Positions 29,595 to 41,487 of a stretch of 64,000 nt of DNA are shown one piece after another. Within the stretch, counting starts at the first letter, position 1. Each line of letters opens with the position of its first letter. Position numbers and translations under genes: made by a program. A model generated the notes under the pieces. The model had not been told where the DNA came from. It searched no databases and was given only the letters and a program-made list of their open reading frames with translations. The DNA comes from an uncultured delta proteobacterium (GTDB taxonomy: Bacteria > Desulfobacterota > Desulfobacteria > Desulfobacterales > Desulfatirhabdiaceae): the NCBI GenBank assembly GCA_963789395.1, contig CAWBKP010000022.1, positions 32,001-96,000 of the forward strand. The letters are read 5' to 3'.

Positions 29595-31229
29595 TGTTGA
29601 ATATTTCCTTTGATAATTTCAAGCAGGCGCTCGTCAAACGGTTCCGAAGGCTTCCTTCCGGAACCGGATATCCCTGAGTTCGTTTGTGCGTGAACCGCCG
29701 GTGTCTGCGGATTTTCCGGAACTTGCAGAAAGCGGTTTTCCGGAAAATCCGCCGGCGATAAATCCCTTTAAATCCCATTACATGAAGCGCTTCCGGTTTA
29801 TTCCCCTGGATGATGCCAATGGCCAGGTGCTGGTGGCAATGGCGGATCCGCTGGATTTTATCACCCGCGAGGTCATCGAAAGGGCTTACGACAAGCCGTT
29901 GAATATCCGCCGGTCTTCGGAAGAGACGATTTCCCAGTTCGTCTATCGCTGGTACGAAGCGGAAGTGGATATGACATCGGGTGAACGCACCGATGACCTG
30001 GACATGAGCCTGGAGGACCAGCTCTGGGACAGTCCGGAACATTTGAAGGACATGGCCTCGGAGGCGCCGGTCATTCGCCTGGTGAACCATCTGATCGCAA
30101 AAGCCCTTGAAGTCGGGGCCTCCGATATTCATATCGAGCCTCGAAAGCTGCATGTGCAGGTCCGGTATCGGGTTGACGGGGTATTGATCGATCAGAATGC
30201 CATTGCCATCAAACTCAAGGCCGCCATCAATTCCCGGGTCAAACTCATGGCCAAAATGGATATTGCGGAAATGCGGCTGCCTCAGGATGGCCGAATCAAG
30301 TTCAAGGCAGGTCGCGAAGAGATCGATATCCGGGTGTCCTCGCTTCCGACCCATTTTGGCGAAAGCCTGGTGCTCAGGCTGCTTCACAAGGAAAATGTCG
30401 AGCTGGATATGGATACCCTGGGATTTCCGGCAGTCGATTCGGGATAAATTCAGATCCACGATATCCCTGCCGTACGGCATGATCCTGGTTACGGGGCCGA
30501 CAGGTTCCGGCAAGACGACAACGCTCTATTCAGCCCTGAATACCATCAACTCGCCGGATAAAAAAATCGTGACGGTCGAAGATCCGGTGGAATATCAGAT
30601 GGACGGTGTCAATCAGGTTCAGGTGCAGCCCAATATCGGCCTGACTTTTGCCCACAGCCTGAGAACTTTTCTGCGCCAGGACCCGGATGTCATGCTGATC
30701 GGCGAAATCCGGGATCTGGAAACGGCTGAAATTGCGATTCAGGCAGCCCTTACCGGCCATGTGGTGTTTTCCACGCTTCATACCAACGATGCTGCTGGCG
30801 CCATCACCCGGCTGGAAGATATGGGCGTTGAACGCTTTCTGATCGCATCTTCCGTGGTGGCTGTTCTGGCCCAGCGGCTGGTTCGAAGGGTCTGTCCGCA
30901 GTGCAAGAAAACATTTCAGCTTGCCGATGAAGAACGGTTGCTGCTGGCACGCGAACTGGATCTGCTTCCGGATGAAATTCGCCTCAACCTATGCCCGGGG
31001 AATGGGCTGCAAGGAATGCGCCGGCTCCGGATACCGGGGACGGCTGGGGATTTATGAGTTTTTACCGGTGGATGAAGCCATTCAGCGGGAAATCGTCCGG
31101 GGATCGGATCGAAATGATATTTTCCGGGCTGCGATGCAGAATGGCATGATTTCCCTGAGAATGGACGGCATGGATAAAGTCAGAAACGGCATCACCACAT
31201 ATGAGGAAGTGTTGAGGGTAACCCGCTGA
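29594..31229 (+). CDS. gspE: T2SS ATPase GspE (frameshifted)
   Basis: [13 protein letters not shown], Walker [22 protein letters not shown], Cys cluster. Start is approximate. Confidence 0.93.
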
Positions 31230-32438
31230 TGCCGCGTTTTTCCTATGAAGCCATGAATGCCGACGGCGAACGGATCATCGACAGCAGCGAAGCGGCAACC
31301 CGACGATGATCTGATCCTGTCCCTTCAGGCAAAAGGGCTGATGCTGGTCAGATGGATCGATGCCGGACCGCCCGGAAATCCCTGCTGAAGCGATCCGGCC
31401 GCAGTCTAAACAGCAAGGAACTGCTGATGATTACCCGCGAGATGGCGCATCTGATGAAATCCGGGCCTTCCGATGGACCGGTCCCTGACCATCATTATCC
31501 AGACCAGCGAGGCCAAAGCGCTTCTGGCCATGGCCCAGTATCTGAAGGAATCCCTTCAGGGGGGTAAAAGCCTTTCCGATGCCATGGCTGCCAAAACCGA
31601 AGATTTCAGCGATCTGTATATCAATATGGTCCGGGTCGGCGAAATGGGCGGCATTCTGCCTCAGGTGATGGAAAAACTGGCCGGCTTTATGGAGCGAACC
31701 GAAGAAATCAAGAAATTCATTATTTCCAGTTCCATTTATCCGGCGATTCTGATGATGATCGGTATGGTTTCCGTTGGCGTCATCATGGGGGTCGTGGTTC
31801 CCCGTTTTGCGGCGATATTTACGGATCTGGGGCAGAAAATTCCGGCCAGCACGCAACTGCTGATTCAGGCAAGTCAGTTTTTGCGCTCCTGGTGGTGGGT
31901 GATGATTCTGGTAGCGGGGGTGATTGCTTTAGGATTATGGCGATTTTCAGTCACGCCCTCCGGCAAGGATCGCCTGGACCGGATATGGATCAAACTGCCG
32001 ATGCTGGGCAGCCTGATCATGGATATTCAGGTAGGCCGCTTTACCCGGACGCTGGGGACCCTGGTTCAAAGCGGGGTGCCGCTGTTAAAAGGCCTTTCGA
32101 TCGTTCGGGAAGTCGTAAACAATGTGGTGGTCAAGAAGGCGGCGGAACAGATTTTTCGTCAGGTCAAGGAAGGCAAGCGGGTCAGCACGCTGATGAAGGA
32201 TCAGGGAATTTTTCCGGCCATGGCGGTACAGATGGTCGCACTCGGAGAGGAAACCGGAAAGATCGGAGAAATGCTGATTTCGGTTTCGGATGATCTGGAC
32301 GCCCGGGTCCAGTCGAAAATCAAATCCCTGCTCTCGCTGCTGGAGCCTGTGGCCATCCTGCTGATGGGCTTGATCATCGGCGGGGTGGTCATTTCCATGC
32401 TGACAGCGATATTCGGCATCAACGACATCGAATTTTGA
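31229..32438 (+). CDS. gspF: T2SS inner membrane platform GspF (frameshifted)
   Basis: MPRFSYEA start overlapping the gspE stop, GEMGG, IYP, GEETG, LLEP. Confidence 0.92.
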
Positions 32439-32869
32439 TGAACTCCCGCGGCTTTACACTCATTGAAATTCTGGTGGTCATGGTTCTGATAGCCGTTTCC
32501 GGCTCTCTGGTCTATCTGAGTGTGGGCCGCTCTGCCGGACAAAAGCAGGGAAAACTGTTTGCACAGGAAATGGTCGGCTTTGTTAAAAAGGCCAGGCGCT
32601 CGTCTCTGGCATCCAGCCGGCCGGTTGCGTTCTATATCTCATCGGCGGATCGTCTCTGCTGGGTGGAAGGCAGCGAGGCCAGCCTGAAAATTCCGGAAAA
32701 AGTGCTGATTCAGGCACAAGGGATCGCCCATGTCGATGCGGATGTTTACGGGGTCTATTTTTATCCGGATGGAAGCTCAAGCGGGGGAGAATTAACGCTT
32801 TCAGCAAATGGGGAGCCTTTTTTTGTCTTTCGTGTGGATATCCTGACCGGCCTGGTAACTCCTGGATAA
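32438..32869 (+). CDS. gspH: Minor pseudopilin GspH-like
   Basis: G/FTLIEILVV and FYPDGSSSGG. Confidence 0.8.
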   Translation: MNSRGFTLIEILVVMVLIAVSGSLVYLSVGRSAGQKQGKLFAQEMVGFVKKARRSSLASSRPVAFYISSADRLCWVEGSEASLKIPEKVLIQAQGIAHVDADVYGVYFYPDGSSSGGELTLSANGEPFFVFRVDILTGLVTPG

Positions 32870-32873
32870 TCCC

Positions 32874-33269
32874 ATGAAAACCAGTCAGCGGGGATTTACC
32901 CTGATAGAGGTGCTGGTGGCCCTGATCATTCTGGGGATATCTCTTGGCGCCATTTTTCAGGCGCTTTCCAGTTCCAGAAGGATTTCGCTAAAGGCTGATG
33001 AAACCCTGACAGCAGTTCGCCTGGCGCAAAATCTTCTGGCAAATCCGGCGTTGATAGATACAGCGTTGAAGGGCAGGGGAGTTGCCTCTCGAATCGAGGG
33101 AGAAGCCGGCTGGCGCTATACATTTTCTGCCCTGCCTTTAGAGATTGACGTCGGCAACACCCGAGATGCTTTGCAGGTTCCTGCCATGTTTGAGTTGACG
33201 GTGTGCCTTTTTCATGAAACAGATCGCCGGGAAAAATCATTTTGCATGAAACAGTGGCATCGGCAGTAA
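32874..33269 (+). CDS. gspI: Minor pseudopilin GspI-like
   Basis: G/FTLIEVLVAL, with size and position fitting GspI. Confidence 0.8.
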   Translation: MKTSQRGFTLIEVLVALIILGISLGAIFQALSSSRRISLKADETLTAVRLAQNLLANPALIDTALKGRGVASRIEGEAGWRYTFSALPLEIDVGNTRDALQVPAMFELTVCLFHETDRREKSFCMKQWHRQ

Positions 33270-33282
33270 ATAATCAGGATAA

Positions 33283-33422
33283 AAGACTGAAGACCGATGA
33301 CAGAAGGGATTCAGGAATACATCATGTTTGATCATGCACACATCCGGGCGATTCATGGAACGACTTTATCCAACTGGATTGCAAAAAATGCTTCAGCCGT
33401 CAGCCTCCTTCAGTGCAGTCTT
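33283..33422. repeat. Degenerate 7-nt tandem repeats with a downstream inverted set
   Basis: AAGACTG-AAGACCG-ATGACAG (33283-33303) and CAGCCGT-CAGCCTC...CAGTCTT (33394-33422). CAGTCTT is the exact reverse complement of AAGACTG. Confidence 0.55.
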
Positions 33423-34204
33423 CCAGAGGCTTTACCCTTCTGGAGCTTCTGGTTGCCATGACGCTTGTGGCTCTGGTCACGGTGATCGCGGCAACGGCCT
33501 TCAGATTGACGGTTCAGGCATGGGAACGCGGATCTGAGGAAGGGGAATCCCGGCAGATTCTGTCTGCGCTGCCGGCGCTTTTGGAAAAACAGCTGGCGGC
33601 GCGGGTGGTCATGCCGATGTTTGGCCAGGCAAAGGTGAACCCGGCGATATATTTCTGCGGCGGGGAAAATTTCCTATCGTTTATTACGGCCTATGCGCCC
33701 CAGGGATCCGTGCTGCAGGGCATGTTATGGGTCAAATATCGGTTTGACCCCGGGCAGAAAATGCTTTTTATCTATCAGCAGTCTCTGTGACCCGCCTGGA
33801 GGACCTGGACATTGCCGAGAGTGGTTTGGGGTCAAAAAATGCAGAAGAAGGGCTCCTGGTCAGTCAGATTCAGGGGATTTCCGATTTCAGGCTGGCTTAT
33901 ACCGCTGAATCACTGTATGATCCGGATGATCCGAGGCAGTGGCAGAACAATTGGGATTGTGGTGCGGAATCTGACGGCGTTCCTTTCGGCCTGATGCTGA
34001 AGATGACAATTGGGGAAGGTGCAAGATCCCGGAGTTTCACATGGATTTATCGGATTGGCGATCAACAGCCACAAAGCCCTTTCGGGCGGCCAGCGAGCCA
34101 CAAAGCCCTTCGGGAGGCAACAGACGCAGACGTCAGCGGGCGAAGACGGCAGGCAGCGCCTATCGGGCGTGGCAGCCGCAAGCTCTTCTGGCGGTCGCCG
34201 GTGA
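33413..34204 (+). CDS. gspJ: Minor pseudopilin GspJ-like (frameshifted, ends approximate)
   Basis: G/FTLLELLVAM. Continues in the 33787 ORF (W...W....P.G). Confidence 0.75.
34067..34123 (+). repeat. Two-copy tandem repeat of about 29 bp in the gspJ 3' end
   Basis: AGCCACAAAGCCCTTTCGGGCGGC and AGCCACAAAGCCCTTCGGGAGGC. Confidence 0.7.
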
Positions 34205-35088
34205 CGTCAAGCCACGTCGGATTCTGCACGGCAGCGTTCTGGTCATGGTGCTCTGGATACTGGTTCTGGTCAGTTTTCTGGCAGGGCAGTACCTGGCCCA
34301 TAACCGGGAAAAGGCGGACATCGCGCAGAATGCCTGGACAGCTTTTCGGCAGCGACAGGCGGTTTCTTCGGTCGTTCAGCTTTTTTCCACCGATGCCTGG
34401 CCCATTCCGGATGGAACAGGAGCGGATGGCCGCTGGTTCCGGCTGTTTCCGGACGATATCGCGCTATGGGTCCGGGTGGACAAGGAATCTCTGCGCACCA
34501 ACCTGAATACGGCCAGTGACGGTGAAATCAAACAAAAATTGGCGCTGATGATGGGCGATGAATTTTCAGCGTAGAGGCGGATGCGGTTTCAGATTGCATT
34601 CTGGACTGGCGGGATGCGGACAGTTTGACCGCGGATGCAGGGCGCGGAAGAAAAAGACTATGAAGCCAAGGGGCTGACGTATAGACCGGCAAACGGGCCG
34701 TTTAATGTGATGTCCGAGCTTCTTCTGGTTATTGGGGTAACTTCGGATATGTTCTGGGGAAATCCCCTGGAATCGATCGCAGCGGATCTGAGCAGCTATC
34801 TATGTTCAGACTGAGAAAGAAAGAATTCCGAAGGCGCTTAGCGAGGGGTTTACGATTTATTCGGGTGAAAGCAAGCGCATCAGCCTGCTGGTGCCCGGAA
34901 ATGAAAACGGTTATTTGTATATGAATATCATTATGGCAAAGGAATCCGGCCGTCTTGCAGTGGTGGACAGCCAGCAATTTCTGGGGGTGGCCGAACAGGG
35001 ATTTGACAGGCTGATCGAACTGGAGACCGAGGTCCGAGGGCTTGAGGCCAGGGAGGAAAAAGCGGTCTTAGAACGCCGGTCGATTTAA
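34201..35088 (+). CDS. gspK: Minor pseudopilin GspK (frameshifted)
   Basis: G/SVLVMVLW without Glu+5, NLNTA, and by manual translation ILDWRDAD...GAEEKDY...PANGPFNVMSELLLVIG near 34595-34740. Confidence 0.85.
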
Positions 35089-35092
35089 CACT

Positions 35093-36430
35093 ATGGTTAT
35101 CAAAGAACATATCGGAATTTATCTGGAAAAAGATGCGCTGCACTACTGCGGTGCCGTCAGAACCATTCCATCGTGGCAAATGGCGATTCCGGGTTCTGCC
35201 ATGGACCCGTCCGGAGTTATCCATGGTCCGGCTCCGGCAACGCTTCGGGAATTTCTTCAGCGGTTTCCCCCAAAATCGGGCCGGCGGATTTTTCTGGCGC
35301 TTCCCCGAAACCGGTTTTTCATGCGGGACATTCAATTGCCGCCGGTTCCGATGGAAGATGCGCTGGTGTCGGTTCAAAGTGTGCTGCCGGTGACCTGCCA
35401 TCTGCCGCTGGATGATATTTACCACGATGTTTATCTTTGCAGGATGCCGGATGGAAGGGTAAATGCCCTGGTGATCTATGCCCTTCGAAAAGAAATTCAG
35501 CCGATTCTGGAAATTTTCCGGGAAATCGGGCATGAAAAATCCTTGGCGGGGCTATTTCCCGTTTCCCTGGGAATCGGCGCATGGCTCAGCCTTCAGCAAT
35601 ATGCCATGCCGATGGGCCTGGTGATTTCCCAGGAAAGTTCGGCCAGTGAACTGGCGGTTTACCAGCAGTCAGGCTGCGTGTATTCGATATCCTGGCAGAA
35701 TGCGTCCACCGCCGGTGAGGATAAGGCGCTAATGGAATCGGCGTGTGCCAAATTTCATCTGCCTGCTGATAATGTCTATGATCTTGATCATTCAGACGGC
35801 TGTTTGCCTTTGCCGGATCCGCTGCAGAACAAACTGCCATGGCTTCCGTCAATCCGCGAGAATCCGGGGGTTGCGGCGCTGGCGGCGGCCCTGTCAAGCC
35901 AGCAGCTGATTCTTCTGAATGGCGGCGCTCCCCGGATAAAGGTGTTTCATCTCTGGAAACTGTTTGTTCCGGTTGTCCTGGTTCTGTCTGTCATTTTGTC
36001 TGTTGTGGACAGTTAAGATGAATCATTCCATTGAGCGGGAAAGCGTGTCGGTTTCTGCAATGAAGGCCGAGACCCAGCAGTTGCAGCAACGGATTCGGCC
36101 GCTTGAAAAAACCCGCGATGCCCTGAAAAAAGCCAAATCGCTTTCCGGAGATATCGACGATTTCATTCGGCTGCGGCCCCGCCTGTTTTCCTGCTTCAAT
36201 GAAATTGCCAGGCTTATCCCGGAGGGAACCTGGTTTTCCCGATCCAACTTTCAGGGGGCGGAGTTGACCCTTCAGGGCCAGAGTAGGGATGCGTTAAAAG
36301 TAATGGAGTCCTTGCGGACATCGCCACTGTTTGATCAGGTCAAGCTGGTGGGATCGGTCAGCCGCAGCCCTCCGGAACAGAGCAGTTCAGTCTGACCATC
36401 CGCCTGAAAGATGTGGAAGCCAATCCATGA
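35093..36430 (+). CDS. gspL: GspL/PilN-like inner membrane protein (frameshifted)
   Basis: Cytoplasmic domain, TM, coiled coil, then IPEGTWF...LQGQS...LRTSPLFDQV (PilN-like). Confidence 0.75.
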
Positions 36431-36998
36431 AGCTTTATCTGGGACAAAAACGAAAGCGCCGGGTGATTTTTGGTTTGGCAGCTGTGATCTGCGGAATGCT
36501 GATCTGGTGGGCACAGATCTTTGATCCCCTTCATGGAACAGAAAAAGGATCTTTCGACTGAACTGGAAAGACTGACCCAGGAACGCGATCAGTCGATCGA
36601 GAAACTGAAAAAACTTACCGAATTTATCGAGACCCATAAAGCCGTTGAAAAGGAGATGAGCCCGGTTTGATGCTTTGAAAATTGACGGCAAAACGCTGGA
36701 AGAACTCAGTGCCAGCACCCAGGCGATTCTTCAGCAGTTTCTGGATAAAAACGCGATACCGATCAAGGCTTACAAAGACCTGCCGGCCTCCAAATGGCGG
36801 GAACATCCCATCAGCCGGATGGAATTGCAGATTGAAACCGGAATGCAGGGCGTTTCGGATTTGCTGGAATATCTGGAAACATTGAACAAGGTGATCCGTG
36901 TCGAACGGTTCTCGGTGTCTTACCGCCGAAAAAAGGACAGCGATCTGCAGATATCCCTTCAGATCGCAACGCTTCAAATGGAAGGCATCAAACCATGA
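36427..36998 (+). CDS. gspM: GspM/PilO-like protein (frameshifted)
   Basis: N-terminal TM, coiled coil, LLEYLETLNKVIRVERF. Positioned after gspL. Confidence 0.7.
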
Positions 36999-37017
36999 CA
37001 ATAACAATGAGGAATAC

Positions 37018-39355
37018 ATGCTTATGACAGATCAAACCACCGTCCGTGGGAAAAGGGTTTGGACAGTGGCCTGCCTGGTGCTGCTGGCCCTGGGAACTGC
37101 CGGCTGCAGTTCGGGAACGCTGTGGCAAAAGCCTTACAATTCTCCGGAAGTGTCCGAAGGGGAGAATCCCTTTCTCCGCGTCAAGATCCCGGAGGAAAAA
37201 CCACCCGGCAGCCCGGAAGATAAAAAAGCCGACAAGAAGGAAACGCCGGCAGTTACGGAAACCAAAACGGCAGGACCTGCAAAACATATCTCCACCCAGA
37301 GTCCCCCCCAGCAGCCGGTCTTCGGGCAAAAGTCAACCAAAGACAAAAAAGATACGGCGCAGGCGGTTCATGTTGAACTGGCTTTTGACAATGCAGACCT
37401 CTATGAGGTGCTGGATTTGACGCTCTATGATCTCTTCGGCCTCAGTTATATGGTGGATCCGACCCTCAAATCGACGGTTTCCTTTCATATCACCGGCGAT
37501 TTTACCCGAGACCAGTTTATCAACGCTTTCAATCAGGCCCTTCAGCTGAACAATCTGTCGATTGTCCGCGGTTCGGGCAATATCTACAAGATTCTTCCCA
37601 GAGCCAACAGCGCGGGATCCGCCAATGCGCCGGTGATCGTTTCGGATGAAACGGGTCTGGTCGGGGATGTTACCCGGTTGATCCGGCTTCGCTATGTGTC
37701 TGCGGCAGCGGCCGCAACCAATGTGACGCCCTTTCTGTCCAAAGGGGCTCAGATTGTTCAGGATACGGTGAACAACGCCCTTCTGATCACCGATACTGCT
37801 GAAAACATTTCCCGGGCCGTGGCCATTCTGGGAGTGATCGACATTGAATATTTTGCGGATCTTTCCTGGCAGATCTTTCCGGTCAAGGAAGTGGATGCGG
37901 ACGATCATTGCCGCGGACCTGGACAGCGTGCTTCAGGCCGGAGGACTGTACAAACGCCAGGGCGCGGCTGAGGGAAGCTTTGAAATATTTCCCATCAAGA
38001 GCATGAATGCCATTCTGGTTGTCACCCGATGGCCTTCCATCCTGACGCTGGTTCAGGACTGGCTCGCGGCCATGGATCACGTGACCGATTCCGATACCAA
38101 TGTGTTCGTGTATTTTGCTGAAAATGCGTCGGCACTGGATCTTGCGGATGTGCTTCAGCAGGTTTTTCTGGGGGCAAGCGGCACGGCGCGATCTTCCAGA
38201 ACCGCAGCCGGGCAAATCCTCAACCGGCAAATCCACAACGCAGCAAATCCTCGATGAGCAGATCCATGACCGGATCCTCCATTGTCCGCCAGTGGCGGCC
38301 TGGGGATGCAGGGCGTCCGCATCTTCCCAGCAAAGGACGGCCACGCCATCCCAGTCCAAGCAAACCATCGTCAGGCCGACGGCTGCAGGCGCCGGCAGAA
38401 CCGCCGGAGACGATGATTTTGCCGGCACCGTTGAAATCATTCCGGATGAAGCCAATAACGCCATTGTCTTCAAGGCCAGCAACCGGGACTATAAACAGGT
38501 TCTGACCATCCTGAAGCAGCTGGATATTCAGCCCCGGCAGGTTCTGATCAACGTGCTGGTGGCGGAAATCACCCTGAGCGGGTCCGTTCAGTACGGCATC
38601 GAATGGTTTCTGAACAAAAATATCGGATCGCTTGGCGGCAGCAGCGGCGACTACACCGCCCAGGGCGCTCTGGGCAGTAACATTCCCAAACCCATCAACA
38701 CGCCTCTGGGCGCCACCAATGGCTTTTTTTTTACCGTCTATGATCCCGTGGATTTTTTAAGGGGACTGGTGTTTGCGCTGGGAAGCGACTCGGATGTCAA
38801 TATTCTGTCATCGCCCAATATCCTGGCGCTGGACAACAAGGAAGCCACCATCGAAGTGGGCGCCGATGTTCCGACGGTCTACCGGAACAACGACCAGCAC
38901 CATAAACACCAACAGCGTCACCAACACGGTTCAATTCCGGAAAACCGGCATTATTCTGACCGTAACGCCCCACATCAATTCCAATGGACTGGTCAAAATG
39001 GAGCTGGTCCAGGAAGTCAGCGATCTCGGCGATTTCAACAAGGAACTCAATAATTATATTTTTCTGACGCGAAGAGCGGATACCTCTCTGGTCGTGGAGG
39101 ACGAACAGACCGTGGTCATGGCCGGTCTGATGCAAACCAATAAAAAGAACAGCCAGTCCGGGATTCCCTTTCTGAAGGACATTCCCGTTCTGGGATATTT
39201 ATTCGGCGGCGTGATCGAAAGAGACCAAAAAAACCGAGCTGATCTTCATGATTACGCCCCATGTCATCAAAAACAGAAGCGAGGCGGATCAAATCACCCG
39301 GGAGTTTTCCCAGAAGGTCGCGGACCTGCAGTCCGGTGGCGACCAAAAAAAATAG
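37018..39355 (+). CDS. gspD: T2SS secretin GspD with lipoprotein signal peptide (frameshifted)
   Basis: Lipobox LGTAG/C, QLDIQPRQVLI, SSPNILALDNKEA, TGIILTVTP, GIPFLKDIPVLGYLF and TELIFMITPH. Confidence 0.93.
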
Positions 39356-39404
39356 ACCTGTTGTGCTGGCGGTTAATCATTCATGAAATCATCATCAAAT
39401 ATGA

Positions 39405-41432
39405 ATGCAGGTGTTTATCATGCTTAAATCTCCGATGGTATGCGCTATGGGCACGGCTGTATTTCTGATCTGCATTGTTTCGGGAGTGATTTACAGCAAT
39501 ACGTTTCAGGCGCCGTTCGTCTTTGATGATCAGCATACCATCCAGGAAAACGAGAAAATCAGAAACCTGGATAATTTTTATCTTCTCGATGTGTTGCGAT
39601 CGCCAAGACCCCTGGTGGATTATACATTTGCCCTGAATTACCATTTCGGCAAACTTCATGTTTTCGGCTATCATTTGGTCAATCTTCTGATTCATATTGC
39701 AAACGGCATTCTGGTTTTTTTCCTGTCCCGGCTGCTGTTTCGAAAACTGTCCGCATGCGGACAGCGAACACGCATATCTTGCGGCGCTTTTCGCTGCGCT
39801 GATATTTACCGCCCATCCCCTTCAGACACAGGCTGTGACCTATATTTCGCAGCGATATGCCTCGATGGCCGCTTTTTTTTATCTGGCGTCGGTTTTCAGT
39901 TATATCATTGCACGGGACGCGCATTCAGCCGGGAGACCGATTGCTGCGTTATGGATTTTTTTCTGATAGCGTTTTTGTGCGGCGTGTTTGCGTTTTTAAG
40001 CAAACAGAATTCCGCCAGCCTGCCGCTGGCGATTCTGCTTGTCGAATATGCCTGTTATGATCGGACCTGGAAGGGATGGAAGAAAAAAATATGGATCATC
40101 CTTCCCGGGGTGTTGCTGTTCGGACTCTTTTATGCATACAATATGGGATTGTTCCGCCAGGACATTCAATTTGCCAGGCTTCTGGAAGATGTCTCGGAAA
40201 TCACGCAGGAAACCCGGAAAGTCGGCAGATGGCAATATTTATGCACCCAGTTCAATGTGATTTCTATTTACATCCGGCTTCTGCTGATCCCCGTTACCAG
40301 AATCTGGATTATGCGTATCCGTTCAAAAGCGGTTTCTTTGACGGGGCAACGCCGTATGCATTTGTTTTTCTGGCGGGGATATGTATTGCCGGATGGCGCT
40401 GCAGAAAAAAACACCCGATCGTTTTTATCGGGATTTTGTGGTTTTTTATTACCCTGTCGGTTGAATCCAGCATTTTTCCCATTCAGGATGCCATGTTTGA
40501 ACATCGGCTGTATCTGCCCATGTTCGGTTTTTCAGCTGGTGGCGGCCCGAGCCTGTGAGTGGCTGTTTTCAAAACGCCGGTTGTGGGCATATGCCCCTGG
40601 GGATCGTCCTGTTTTTATCCATAACGCACCTATTCGCGCAACGCGGTGTGGCGAGATGACGTCACGCTGTGGTCGGATGTGGTATCCAAAGACCCGCTGA
40701 ATTTCAGGGCGTTTAACAATCTGGGGTATGATTTGATGCGCCGTGGCGACTTAAATGCCGCAATGGTGAATTATGACAGCGCGATACGTTTAAAGCCGGA
40801 TCATTGCATTGCGATATCCAATAAAGGTGTGCTGCTGGCAAAAATGGGGAAAACCGATGAAGCCATCGTGTTATTCCGAAAGGCGCTTGACCTGAAACCG
40901 GACTATATGGCTGGCCATGAAGAATTTGAGCATCGCCCTCATGAAAAAGGCGGATTTACAGTCTGCATCGGGAAAATATCCGGAGGCGGTTGAATTTATA
41001 CCGGGAATCCCTTCGGTTAGTTCCCGGATCCGCGAAAGGACACACGAATCTGGGGGCGGCATATTTGCGGATCGGGAACAAAGAAGCGGCGGTTAATCAA
41101 TTCGGGAAGCGCTGAAAATCGATCCTGTTTCTGTCGAGGCAACTGCCAATCTGGGCTTGGCGCTGTATTCCCAGGGAAAAACTGCCGAGGCACTGCAACA
41201 ACTGGGTGCAGCCCTCCGTTTAAAACCGGATTCCGAAGAAATCAGAAATAAAATCGCTCAAGATCATCAATACGATACGGGCAGACCCGAACAACAGTTC
41301 CGAATAATCCCCTTGACCGGATCGGGCAAAACAAAGAATCAATGTGATCATTTTCATGCAAACCGTATCATTGGACAAAATATTTCCGGCGCTATAGGGA
41401 ATTTCCTCATGTCCATGACAGTGTATTTCTGA
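39405..41432 (+). CDS. TMTC-like (GT-C + TPR) protein O-glycosyltransferase (several frameshifts, end approximate)
   Basis: FVFDD catalytic loop, RP, YHLVNLLIH, HPLQTQAVTYISQR, SKQ, EHRLYLP and WRDDVTLW, followed by TPR repeats. Confidence 0.85.
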
Positions 41433-41487
41433 TCAAAATATAGAGAAAGACGCCAAAAGCGGATTGTCCACTGCAACACCACGGGGA

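Noticed and set aside
29169..39355. Type IV pilus operon
   Set aside because: GspG and GspK signatures and the G-E-F-H-I-J-K order indicate a T2SS, and there is no PilT.
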